In this document: positions 18,940 through 28,221 of the stretch, in pieces | Position numbering within the stretch: position 1 is the first letter of the stretch | Layout: each line of letters starts with the position of its first letter | Assembly: GCA_963843795.1 (NCBI GenBank) | Contig: CAWJLW010000006.1 | Coordinates: 1,054,001 to 1,118,000 of the forward strand | Direction: 5' to 3' | From: an uncultured bacterium | GTDB lineage: Bacteria; Armatimonadota; Abditibacteriia; Abditibacteriales; Abditibacteriaceae | Length of the DNA: 64,000 nucleotides | Notes under the pieces: generated by a model | The model's input: only the letters and a program-made list of their open reading frames with translations | Databases searched by the model: none | Told to the model about the DNA's origin: nothing | Position numbers and translations under genes: made by a program

Positions 18940-20304
18940 TTATTTGCTGCCGAAAATCTGCGTGTGAAAGTGGTTGTTGCGCAGAAAAGTTTTAATTAAA
19001 ATCGGCGCACCGGTATTGTTGCGGAATTTCATATCTTTGCTGCCCCAGTAAATTGTCGCGTCGCGCGAAGAGGGAGCATACGAGACCGGCAGCGAATGCG
19101 AATGCCGCTCGACGATTTGCAATTTCGCACCCAGCGCGGCGTTGTAAACCGTCGTCGCGCTTTGACAAATGCCGCCGCCAACGCCATCGACGACTTGTTT
19201 GCCCATGAAAATATGTGCGGTTTTAAATCCGCGCGAAGTGTCGCGTGGCCCAATGGCCTTGTTGGTCGAAAACACAGCGCCGTTTTCGACAATCGTACCA
19301 TTAATTTCGCGCGCTGCAATGCGCAAATTCTCGCTACGACCTTTCAAACGCGGATTATATTTGGTCGAAAAATCGGCCAGCAAGATCGGAAAACGTGCGT
19401 CGCCGCTGCTTGGCCCTTGGAGTTTAGGCTGAATGATCTGCGGCACGAACGGCACCGGACGAGTCATCAAATCAATCTGCAGTGCAGAAGGTTCGCCTTC
19501 GATGCCCTGCGACACGCGCACAATCGAGCCACCGATGTTCAACTCTTCTCCATCCGTCCCCGTCGTGCGATTATTAACGACGCCGGTATTTTTGACTTCT
19601 TTAGCCACATCAGGCGCGATTTCATTCAAAACCGACAAGGCTTGCGCCCGGTCGAGCGTGAAACGCAGTGGAATTTTCACATCGACGCCGTTTTTATCCG
19701 GCGCGACGGCTTTGGCCGCTTTGATCATGGATTCGTAAGGAATCGAAACTCCCAATTCCGCCCGTGTGCGCCACCATTCGCGCTTGCCCAATCGCAGCAC
19801 AATCGGCTGCTGCAAGCGTCCATCGTGCGCTTCCTGCAATAATTGCAGAGCTTCGATGTTGTCTAATCCGGCGATTTGTACTCCACCAACCATGCGCGAA
19901 ATTTTCTTCGCAGGCGAAGCGACGGGCGGTTCTTTGGCAATCGGATTATCGGACGGATTCGGATTCTGCGGCGGCAGGATTTGCACGCCATCATTATCGC
20001 TATGAGGCGCGCTGTCTCCGTCGATAAGGGTCGTGTCGCTGTTATCATCGCGCGTCTGCGTGCCGCCCGCTGGTGGAGGCAGAGCGGGCGATGCGCCGCG
20101 CTTTTCTTCGGGTGCAGTGGGCGTGGTCGAACGCGCAGGTGGTGCGGCGGGTGGTGCGTTTTCCGATGTCTTGGCGGGTGCTTTTTTTTCGGGCGCGTTC
20201 GCGGGCGTGGGCAAATCTTGTGCATGTGCCGCACCGAGTGTAGGGGCGCAGATGGAAAAAGCAAGCGCGCAATTTCGGGCGATAAAATGTAAGTTTGGTG
20301 TCAT
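18940..20304 (-). CDS. VanW family exported protein
   Basis: FSTKY...RSENL.IAA..ING, GGGICQSATT.YNA, ERHSHS, RDATI, D.KFRN; signal peptide and Pro-rich linker; start uncertain (20304 or 20328). Confidence 0.85.
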   Translation of the reverse strand: MTPNLHFIARNCALAFSICAPTLGAAHAQDLPTPANAPEKKAPAKTSENAPPAAPPARSTTPTAPEEKRGASPALPPPAGGTQTRDDNSDTTLIDGDSAPHSDNDGVQILPPQNPNPSDNPIAKEPPVASPAKKISRMVGGVQIAGLDNIEALQLLQEAHDGRLQQPIVLRLGKREWWRTRAELGVSIPYESMIKAAKAVAPDKNGVDVKIPLRFTLDRAQALSVLNEIAPDVAKEVKNTGVVNNRTTGTDGEELNIGGSIVRVSQGIEGEPSALQIDLMTRPVPFVPQIIQPKLQGPSSGDARFPILLADFSTKYNPRLKGRSENLRIAAREINGTIVENGAVFSTNKAIGPRDTSRGFKTAHIFMGKQVVDGVGGGICQSATTVYNAALGAKLQIVERHSHSLPVSYAPSSRDATIYWGSKDMKFRNNTGAPILIKTFLRNNHFHTQIFGSK

Positions 20305-20341
20305 CAAGTTTCTCCTTTTCCCGGCCATCGAACTGTTAAAA

Positions 20342-20438
20342 ATGGCACTGCAGGTACTTGCAGCGGGGAAATCGGGATTGAGTATGCAATTGTCATCGTC
20401 TACGCGTTATGACGTGCTGCAAGTACTTGCAGTGCCAT
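20342..20438. repeat. Inverted pair of 23-bp arms, each containing the palindrome
   Basis: ATGGCACTGCAGGTACTTGCAGC (20342-20364) and GCTGCAAGTACTTGCAGTGCCAT (20416-20438); 22/23 complementary. Confidence 0.75.
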
Positions 20439-20440
20439 CT

Positions 20441-23245
20441 TTAAGCATCATCTTCGCCGCGCGCGCGCCGTTTGGCCGCCCGCAAACGCGCCATCGCATC
20501 GGCGGGATCGTCGACAAATTCCGGTTCCTGCGCATGGGGCGGCGCGGCTTCATCTGCGCGCTGTGGTGGCGTTGACGTATTTTTAGTCTGCGCCGTTCGT
20601 TCTCGATTTGCCATGTCGCGTGTTGTCGTCACCGTCACTGTGCGCGGCGCTTCTCTGAGCGCAGAGGTTTGATTTGCTTCGTCTTTGGTAATTTTGCGTT
20701 CCCACATCAAGCGCCGCGCGGCCACATCGAGGGGAAATAAACACGCGGCAATTGCCAGAAGCGGCAGCCAGATATCGGTCGGTGAACGCACCCATTCGCG
20801 CGCGCGTTCAAAAACGTTTTGCGGCTTGTCCATCGCCAGTTCCGCGCCGCGCGTTTCATCGCCTAATCTGGCCAAAAGCGGCGCGTTGGTACCGATCGAA
20901 TTGTATTCCGGCGAATAGGGCAGCACGCCGCCCGTGACCTGCGACTTGTTCTGCCCGTTTTGTTCGGTGCGAATGTTCACCAGATAAGTTCCCAAACGCC
21001 GCGCATCGAATTCGGCCTGATAACGGCCCGGCCCGACTTGATCCAAACTCAAATCTTCGCCTTTCAAATCTGGCGTCACCAAGCGCGCTTTCGGGTCGAG
21101 AAAGTTCAGCAAATTACCACGTTCATCGACGGCTTCAACCGTGACTTTGCCGCGTCCTTTGTCGATATTCACCAGCGTTTGCAAATCGCTGCCGCTGCTT
21201 TGTCGCATCGACCAGCGCACGGTTTGCGCCCAGAATTTCGAGTAGCCGCTCCAACTAATCCAACCCGCCGCCCAGCGCTGGCGCGCATCGCTGGTAAACG
21301 CCACGCCGCGCCCCAAGCCGTATTGCCAGGTCGCGAGAATCGGGTCGTCATCTTTCGATGTCAGCACGTTTTGTGCGCTGTCTTTGATGCTGGTTCCGAC
21401 GTAACCCAAAAGCGGCGGCATCTGCGTGATGCCTTTGATGATCGCGTTGGAATCGCTCAGGCGCGGCACAAACGCGCCTTCGATAATCGCCGAGCGCGAA
21501 ACTGTCGCGGCTTCTTTCAAGAAAATATTGGGAATCTGGCGCGGATTGGCGACGCGATAAAATCGCCCGCCGTGCTGATCGGCGATGCGCTTCATGCTGA
21601 CGTAACCGCTGTTGTCGTGCGGCTGAATCGCCACGGTGGAAACCGTGATGCGCGCCGCGTTGAAACGCGCAACCAGTTCGGGCGCGGGCGGGCTTGGGTC
21701 GCCATCGGACAGAATAATGACGTGTTTGAGATAGGCTTTGGTTTTGATTAAACCGTCGTAGCACAGGTTTAAAGCGGCATCGAAATCGGGCATATCGCCG
21801 GGATTGATGCCGCGAATTTGTGTCAGCATTTTCGAGCGATTGGGGCCGACTTTGAGCATCGGATACACCCAGTTCGGCTTCATGCCGAAGATTACCAAAC
21901 CGCTGTAATCGTTCTCGCCCAGTTGCCGCGTGACCTGCGAACAGACGGCTTTGGCCCACTCGTTTCCGTTCTCAAATTCCATCGAGTGCATGACCATCGC
22001 GACCGCGCCGCCCGGAATGAACTGCTGGTTTTTGATGTCCATCGTGACCGGCAAGGCTTCTTCAATTGGCGTCGAGCGATAACCTCCCGGCCCGAATGAA
22101 TTTTCGCCGCCCACCATCACCAAACCACAGCCCAAATCGCGCACATAGGCTTGCAGTGAAAGCATCTGCTTTTCGCTCAATTCCCACGCGGGGACGTTGC
22201 CCAGAATAATCGCGTCATACGGCTGCATTTCGCGCAGTTGCGTCGGTAAACCGCCCGCGCCGCGCAGTTCGACCTGCACTTTTTCGGTTCTGAGCGCGTT
22301 GACCAGAAAGCGCGCCTGATTCGGATCGTCATCGACCAGAAGCACTTTGGGCTGTCCTCGCACGTTGACAAAGCCCAGCGCGCGGTTGTTTTCCGGCTGC
22401 GTATCGGTGTTTTTATCGACTTCGATTTGCGCTTCAAAAGTCTGCGCGCCCGCGCTATCGACGACTTGCGGAAACGCGAACGCGTTGCGACCCGCGTTCA
22501 ATTCGACGCTTTTGCTGCCCAAGTACTTGCCGTTGCGAAACAACTTAATCGTGGCGGGTGTGGCGACAGTTGAACGCGCCAGAATACGCACATCGACCGG
22601 TTCGCCAATTTTGGCTTCGCCGGGCAAATTCAAGTTCTCTAAAAGTACTTCGCGGCGCGCCGGAGAAGTTAAAGGCACGACATCAATCGCCACATCATTG
22701 GCGCGCGCGACCGGCGCTTCTTGTAAAGCATCGCCCAAATTCTCGTTGCCATCGGATAAAACCACGATGCGTTTGCGCGTGCCATCGGGCAGCGAAGCCA
22801 TAGCGAGACGAATTGCGGCGGCCAAGTCGGTGAACTCGGTCGGCGGCACGGTTTGCACTGCTGGAAGGTTGGTGGCCTGGCCTGGCGTCTGGTCAACGAA
22901 GGCTTCGCGTCCGAAAACGATGCGACCCCAGACATCGTTTTCGCGCTTGTTTTTAATCGCTTCCTGAATGAAACGCTCGGCGCGCGTTTTGGCGTCGGGG
23001 CCAACTGAATCCGAATAATCGACCACAAACATCACGCTCTGATCGCGGTTAAAGCGAACTAATTGCGCGCCTGCCAAAGCGCCGATAACCAGTGTGAGGA
23101 CAATTAAGCGCAGTGCGATAGACAGATTGCGACGAGCGACCGAAAGATTGGCTAATGAGCGCCGCGCTACCCAGACGAAATACCATGCCAGCAGCGGCCA
23201 CAACAGCCACGCCAGAGGGTTAGTAAACGAAAGACCAAAATTCAT
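20441..23245 (-). CDS. Membrane-anchored VWA + glutamine-amidotransferase-like domain protein
   Basis: BatA-like N-terminal TMs, VVDYSDS, IVVLSDGNEN, GLVMVGGENSFGPGGY, second VWA (IILSDG), WQYGLGR..AFTSD. Confidence 0.85.
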   Translation of the reverse strand: MNFGLSFTNPLAWLLWPLLAWYFVWVARRSLANLSVARRNLSIALRLIVLTLVIGALAGAQLVRFNRDQSVMFVVDYSDSVGPDAKTRAERFIQEAIKNKRENDVWGRIVFGREAFVDQTPGQATNLPAVQTVPPTEFTDLAAAIRLAMASLPDGTRKRIVVLSDGNENLGDALQEAPVARANDVAIDVVPLTSPARREVLLENLNLPGEAKIGEPVDVRILARSTVATPATIKLFRNGKYLGSKSVELNAGRNAFAFPQVVDSAGAQTFEAQIEVDKNTDTQPENNRALGFVNVRGQPKVLLVDDDPNQARFLVNALRTEKVQVELRGAGGLPTQLREMQPYDAIILGNVPAWELSEKQMLSLQAYVRDLGCGLVMVGGENSFGPGGYRSTPIEEALPVTMDIKNQQFIPGGAVAMVMHSMEFENGNEWAKAVCSQVTRQLGENDYSGLVIFGMKPNWVYPMLKVGPNRSKMLTQIRGINPGDMPDFDAALNLCYDGLIKTKAYLKHVIILSDGDPSPPAPELVARFNAARITVSTVAIQPHDNSGYVSMKRIADQHGGRFYRVANPRQIPNIFLKEAATVSRSAIIEGAFVPRLSDSNAIIKGITQMPPLLGYVGTSIKDSAQNVLTSKDDDPILATWQYGLGRGVAFTSDARQRWAAGWISWSGYSKFWAQTVRWSMRQSSGSDLQTLVNIDKGRGKVTVEAVDERGNLLNFLDPKARLVTPDLKGEDLSLDQVGPGRYQAEFDARRLGTYLVNIRTEQNGQNKSQVTGGVLPYSPEYNSIGTNAPLLARLGDETRGAELAMDKPQNVFERAREWVRSPTDIWLPLLAIAACLFPLDVAARRLMWERKITKDEANQTSALREAPRTVTVTTTRDMANRERTAQTKNTSTPPQRADEAAPPHAQEPEFVDDPADAMARLRAAKRRARGEDDA

Positions 23246-23451
23246 TTGTTGGATGCGGCTTCGTCGTCGAACTTTTCATCGCCGGGCAGCTCGCGCGGCG
23301 TCAGCTGCGAAGGCGGCACTCGCACCACGCGCCCGTCCTGCCAAACCACAATCGAATGCCCTATCTGCCGATGTTCTTCGATGGCGTTGGCGACAGCTTC
23401 TCGCATCCACGCTTCCATTTGAGCAAAAGAATCATTCGAAATCGAATTCAT
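23242..23451 (-). CDS. Small hypothetical protein (69 aa)
   Basis: ATG start, ATGA overlap with the VWA gene start; AV..AIEEHR..G..IVVW.DG.VV pattern. Confidence 0.7.
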   Translation of the reverse strand: MNSISNDSFAQMEAWMREAVANAIEEHRQIGHSIVVWQDGRVVRVPPSQLTPRELPGDEKFDDEAASNK

Positions 23452-23692
23452 GGATGTGATCGCTTTTCAATCGTTGGATAAGCAGCCTGTGTAGCGACTG
23501 AGATATTCAACGGGTTGTAGTTTGACCGATTAAAAGCTCTTGCGGGGGATCTTAAGAAACTCGGCCTACTATCTCGATCAAAATCGCCAATTGTCAGTTT
23601 CGGTGTGTAAGCCAGTACTTGAGGGGTGCGCTATCGCCGAAACCGCTTTTCAAATGATCCCGAAATGCAAAAATTGCAACTTCCCTAAAGAT

Positions 23693-23728
23693 CAAAAGCG
23701 CGTTGCAAGTACTTGCAGCGCGCTTTTG
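23693..23728. repeat. 36-bp motif-centred palindrome, terminator-like
   Basis: CAAAAGCGCGTTGCAAGTACTTGCAGCGCGCTTTTG, one mismatch. Confidence 0.75.
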
Positions 23729-23751
23729 TAGTGATTTGAAAGATTAAAAGA

Positions 23752-25842
23752 TTAGCCGGGCATCAGTTGGTGCCCGACGCGGCCTTGCCAGCAATCGATG
23801 CAAATCCACAGCAGCATCATGAAAACGTCGCCCAGAGCCAAGCCCAAAAAGCCGGGTAGGGCTTTTTTATAAGAATCGTAACCGCCGAATTTGGTAATTA
23901 AGGTTTTGCACGTCCAACCCGTGAACATCGAAAACCACAAAGTGCTGGCGGGATAAGTCACGGCCATCACGTAACCAATCGGGTGCAATGGGAACCATGC
24001 GAAGTGAGCGCGGAGAGCGGTGAGAACCAGTGTGAAACCGATGCCGACCGAAAGCCAAATCCAGTTAATCCAGCTCACATCTGGAACGGGTTGACTTAAA
24101 AGTTTGGCGTTGCTGGCCATTTGTTTCGGGCCTGATTCACGCAGCCAGCCTTGCATGCTCAGGCCGCCATTATCGTAACCCATGCGCACGTTCATCTGCA
24201 GGCCGATGACGAAGGTGATGACAGTGACGGCCAGTATTAGTAAGCCCAATTTGCGTCCCGAAATGCCTCGGTCGTAAGCTAATTTCCAGCTTTGCACAAA
24301 GCTTGGCATCAAGGAAGCGCGGTAATCTTGCACCGTCGAGGCTTCGATTACTGCAGCGGGAATAATGCCTTGCGCGGTCGACATCATCGAGCCGGGACCG
24401 GTGCCGACCAATTGTCCCCACGTCGCGAGTGGCATCCACGAGTGATGCACGAAAATCAATCCGCCCGCTGCGACAACACGCGAAAGTACAATGGCAATCG
24501 TGAGCCACGAAACCCATGCGACCGTTGCCAGTGGAATTGAAACGCCCGCGTAATGCGACCAGCCGATGAGCGCAAGCATTCCCAGCACAAATCCCCAGAA
24601 CGCGATCGGATAACTCATCACTTCGCCGCGTTCGCCAATTTGCGCCCGTTCGCGGAAAGTGGCGCGCCGCCAAATATGGGCGAAATGTTCGCGCGCCGTC
24701 CACATAATAATGCCAACAAAGGCCAGATGCGCGCCCGCTTCTTGATAATTGATGAAAATTTTGTTGCCGGTCATCACACCGTTGGGTAGCGAACTGGGTG
24801 GAAAACCGAGGGTGTAAGCGCCCATAAGCTGAAATTTCATCAGCCAGTAAAACGCCCAGATCGAAAACGAAATTTCAGTCGGCAGCAAAAACGCCATGCC
24901 TATGGCAATTGGCCACACCACAATCGACACGCCGCCGATCTGGTTCCACGGCGCCTCGGTAAACAGCACGCCGGTATCCACCGACATCGAAATGCTCGGC
25001 AAATCGGGGAAATACAAGTGCAAACCGTTCAAGCCTTGAATCGCAACCGCGACCGTAAAGCCAATCCACATCACCGGTTCGCGAAAAAAGGGCGGCCACA
25101 AACCGCTGGTGCGACTGCTCGGAATGTCGTCCAAACCTTCCGTTAAGGCCAGCGGCAGTTTCAAAAGCGGAAAGCTTAAGGCTTCGCGTTCGCCCCACTG
25201 CGCCCGTAACATTACGCTCATGCAGCACAGCGTCCAGAACGAAACCAGCATCATGCCGCCCCACATTAATAAGGGCAGCGCCCATTGCGCCCACGGAATT
25301 TGCCCGCCCGGTGGCAAGCCAACGTACCACCCTTCGACCAATTTCGCATTGTAACTGCCATCGGAGTTCAATGCGGGCGTCATCCAAGTCGGCAGTACCC
25401 TGAGCACTTCGAACCAGCCGTTTTCTTTGGAAGCGTAATAAAACGAACCAATGATAAACGAAGTGAAATAATTGTTGCCGCCAATGCCCGGAATCAAGCA
25501 AGAAAACAAGCACGAAATGTAAACCACCAACATTTCATCGCGCGAAAACCGATAACGCGGCCCCGCAAGTACTTGCAACAAGGGATTGACGATTAAAAGC
25601 AAAACCAGCAGCGCGCCGACCGCGCCTGGCGGGAGATGAGTCGCGCCCAAAAAGGTGTTGGTAAATTTGTAATCAACGACGGGAATCAAGTAGCCAAAAG
25701 CCGCACCAATCGCCAGACACAAGAAGACCACGCGCGGCGTGATGGCGCGCGTCGCGGGTACGATGCCCGGTGGCCACATCGAAGGTTGAGCGTTAACAAT
25801 TTCTTCGTCTTGAACGTCAAGTGATGGTGGCGAAACGGGCAT
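23752..25842 (-). CDS. Multi-pass membrane protein, DUF6785/DUF6784-like
   Basis: Many TM segments; QW...E.L.FPL..LP, WFPLHPIGY and GLALGD patterns; family name from recall. Confidence 0.7.
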   Translation of the reverse strand: MPVSPPSLDVQDEEIVNAQPSMWPPGIVPATRAITPRVVFLCLAIGAAFGYLIPVVDYKFTNTFLGATHLPPGAVGALLVLLLIVNPLLQVLAGPRYRFSRDEMLVVYISCLFSCLIPGIGGNNYFTSFIIGSFYYASKENGWFEVLRVLPTWMTPALNSDGSYNAKLVEGWYVGLPPGGQIPWAQWALPLLMWGGMMLVSFWTLCCMSVMLRAQWGEREALSFPLLKLPLALTEGLDDIPSSRTSGLWPPFFREPVMWIGFTVAVAIQGLNGLHLYFPDLPSISMSVDTGVLFTEAPWNQIGGVSIVVWPIAIGMAFLLPTEISFSIWAFYWLMKFQLMGAYTLGFPPSSLPNGVMTGNKIFINYQEAGAHLAFVGIIMWTAREHFAHIWRRATFRERAQIGERGEVMSYPIAFWGFVLGMLALIGWSHYAGVSIPLATVAWVSWLTIAIVLSRVVAAGGLIFVHHSWMPLATWGQLVGTGPGSMMSTAQGIIPAAVIEASTVQDYRASLMPSFVQSWKLAYDRGISGRKLGLLILAVTVITFVIGLQMNVRMGYDNGGLSMQGWLRESGPKQMASNAKLLSQPVPDVSWINWIWLSVGIGFTLVLTALRAHFAWFPLHPIGYVMAVTYPASTLWFSMFTGWTCKTLITKFGGYDSYKKALPGFLGLALGDVFMMLLWICIDCWQGRVGHQLMPG

Positions 25843-25880
25843 AATTGAAGGCTCGCAAATCTGGAATGCTTAATAGCATA

Positions 25881-25918
25881 CAATAAGCACCCTGCAAGTA
25901 CTTGCAGGGTGCTTATTG
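25881..25918. repeat. Perfect 38-bp motif-centred palindrome
   Basis: CAATAAGCACCCTGCAAGTACTTGCAGGGTGCTTATTG. Confidence 0.8.
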
Positions 25919-25920
25919 GT

Positions 25921-26481
25921 TCAACCTCCGCGTCTATCAGGTGGCGTTTTTTGATATAAATCAATCGCGTCTCGCACCATTTTTATCGCTTTGTCTTGCC
26001 CAACGATTCCGGTCAATTCGATTTGGTTGCCTTCAAAAGTTTGATAATCGCTGAGAAAGGCTTCAATTTCGCGTAGCAAACGTGGCGACACATCATCAAG
26101 GGAACGCACTTCATCCCACGTCGAGGCCGCGCCAGAAAGCGAAATCGGCACACCAATCAAACGGTCGTTTTGCTGGCCGTTCTTTTTTAATCCTATCGCG
26201 CCAACAACGCGCGTGCGTACCAAACAGCCCGGAAACGTTGGCTCATCGATCAACAGCGCCAAGTCGAGCGCATCGCCATCTTCGGCCAGAGTTTGTGGGA
26301 TGAAGCCGAAATCGCAAGGCCACGCCATGCCGCCGCGCAAAATGCGCCGCAGTTCGATGACGCCAAATTCGGGTTTCAATGCGTATTTGTGGCGCGAACC
26401 ACGCGGCGTTTCCATGATGGCGTTCACACCACACGGTTCAGCTCGGTATAAAGCGGGGATGTGCGAATAATCAAGTCTCAT
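25921..26481 (-). CDS. ppa: Family I inorganic pyrophosphatase
   Basis: ETPRGSRHKY, DFGFIPQTLAEDGDALD, NDRLI. Confidence 0.85.
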   Translation of the reverse strand: MRLDYSHIPALYRAEPCGVNAIMETPRGSRHKYALKPEFGVIELRRILRGGMAWPCDFGFIPQTLAEDGDALDLALLIDEPTFPGCLVRTRVVGAIGLKKNGQQNDRLIGVPISLSGAASTWDEVRSLDDVSPRLLREIEAFLSDYQTFEGNQIELTGIVGQDKAIKMVRDAIDLYQKTPPDRRGG

Positions 26482-26489
26482 AGTAAAAA

Positions 26490-27452
26490 TTAAAAGTGAA
26501 ATTTCTGAATGCGATGGTTTTGCGTGTCGGCAACGTAAATCGCGCCGGTTTCATCGACGCCCAAACCCCACGGATTGGCCAACTGTCCGACTTGGCGGCC
26601 CGGTGTGCCCCAACTGGCGACGAACTTTCCTTCAGGCGTCCATTTTTGCACGCGATGTTCGCCGTATTCGACCGTATAGATGAAGCCGTTTTTATCGACC
26701 GCAACACCATAGGGATAAGTCAATTGTCCCTTATCGTGGCCGCGCGGGCCGAGCGCGCTGGAATCCTTGCACTTTCCCGTAACGGCGTCCAAACGTTGAA
26801 TGCGATGATTGGCGATATCGGCGACCAGTAAATCGCCTTCGCGTGAAATCGCGAGTCCGCACGGGCGGCGAAACTGGCGCGGGCCGGAACCGTGACCGCT
26901 CCAACTTGCCAGCAGTTTTCCAGAGCGCGTCCATTTGGAAACGCGGTCGAATTCACCACCGTAATCGGCAGTATAAATGTTATCGGCTTTGTCGATGCAA
27001 ATGCCCGTCACCAGCAAAAAACCGCCTTTTTGCGTGCCGTACGTGCCGAATTTGCTTAATAATTTTCCGCTGGAATTATAAATCAGAACGCGCGAATAAT
27101 GGGTGTCGGTAACGGCCAAATCGCCGTTGCTAAAAATTGCCACGCCTTCGGGGCGACCTTTTTCGATTGAAGGCGCTTGCCACGCGCGCACAAATTTTCC
27201 TTCGCGCGTCCAGGTGTGAATGCGACCCGATGAATCGACGATGTAGGCGAATTTTTGACCAACGGCGATGGCGCGCGGCTCGTAGAATTCGCCGTCTTTG
27301 GTGCCGCGACGGCCCCAGACTTCAATTTTTTTTGTGGCAGTTGCGGGCGCATGCACTGTTTGTGCGTCGTGGCGCGCGTTTAACGTGGTACAGCCGCTGA
27401 GGAAGCAGAGAGCAATGATACATGACAAATATAAGTCGTGCGGCAGTTTCAT
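26490..27452 (-). CDS. NHL-repeat beta-propeller lipoprotein
   Basis: Lipobox-like LSGC; repeated GQF/L..P.G.AVD..G.IYVAD..NHRIQ units; ATG 27452 overlaps the upstream stop. Confidence 0.85.
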   Translation of the reverse strand: MKLPHDLYLSCIIALCFLSGCTTLNARHDAQTVHAPATATKKIEVWGRRGTKDGEFYEPRAIAVGQKFAYIVDSSGRIHTWTREGKFVRAWQAPSIEKGRPEGVAIFSNGDLAVTDTHYSRVLIYNSSGKLLSKFGTYGTQKGGFLLVTGICIDKADNIYTADYGGEFDRVSKWTRSGKLLASWSGHGSGPRQFRRPCGLAISREGDLLVADIANHRIQRLDAVTGKCKDSSALGPRGHDKGQLTYPYGVAVDKNGFIYTVEYGEHRVQKWTPEGKFVASWGTPGRQVGQLANPWGLGVDETGAIYVADTQNHRIQKFHF

Positions 27453-28072
27453 GCTCGCGAACTCTCCGGCGCTACAATTTTCAGCACGCGAAAGCCGCTT
27501 TGTAAAGCGATTGGCTGGCAGTTTCCCCACTGTGTTTCCAGTTTGCGCGCCCAACTTTTCGCGCCTTGCGCGGTGCGCACGACAATCCATAGCGCTCCCT
27601 GCTTTTGCAAACAGCGCGCGCAATCATCGAACAATTGTTGAATGACAGTGTTTCCGGCGCGAATTGGTGGATTGCATAGAATCGCATCGAAAATTTGGTC
27701 GTGCACCGCGCTCAAACCATCACCACAGAAAACGTGGGCGTTGGGCAGCGCATTATCCGCAGCGCTGCGCGCGGCCAATTGCGTAGCATGGCGATTGATG
27801 TCGCACAAAGTTACTCGTGCGTGCGGGCGCTGTTGAGCGAGCGCGCAGCCAATAATACCTAGACCACACCCTAAATCGCAGATGTTTTGCGATTTTTCGT
27901 CGTAGTTCAAGAAAGTTTGCAATAGGAGGCGTGAACCGGCGTCGAATTCGTTTTTGGAGAATACGCCACGCCCGCTGCGCATCTGCAAATGGGCACCGGC
28001 GACGGTGATTTCTAAAGAACGCGACGCAGCTTTTAGCGACACGTCGGTAGAATGGGAGAAGTAATGAGACAT
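27449..28072 (-). CDS. RsmC/MTS family SAM methyltransferase
   Basis: MSHYF, GVFS...DAGSRLL, DLGCGLG, NPPIRAG. Confidence 0.85.
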   Translation of the reverse strand: MSHYFSHSTDVSLKAASRSLEITVAGAHLQMRSGRGVFSKNEFDAGSRLLLQTFLNYDEKSQNICDLGCGLGIIGCALAQQRPHARVTLCDINRHATQLAARSAADNALPNAHVFCGDGLSAVHDQIFDAILCNPPIRAGNTVIQQLFDDCARCLQKQGALWIVVRTAQGAKSWARKLETQWGNCQPIALQSGFRVLKIVAPESSRA

Positions 28073-28082
28073 AGCGAAATGA

Positions 28083-28148
28083 GCGCTGCAAGTACTTGCA
28101 GGTTACAACAAGAAGCGCGATAAATAACACAGCAAGTACTTGCAGCGC
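28083..28148. repeat. Inverted pair of palindromes in a divergent intergenic region
   Basis: GCGCTGCAAGTACTTGC (28083) and GCAAGTACTTGCAGCGC (28132-28148). Confidence 0.7.
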
Positions 28149-28221
28149 AGCTTGTAAGAACAAAAGCTTAAACTAAAGCCGTAAAACCGGCTATAATGAA
28201 AGCGGTTCAGATGAGGAAATT

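Noticed and set aside
18940..20304. VanW as a vancomycin-resistance locus
   Set aside because: No vanHAX or vanRS genes are present; VanW-domain proteins are widespread.
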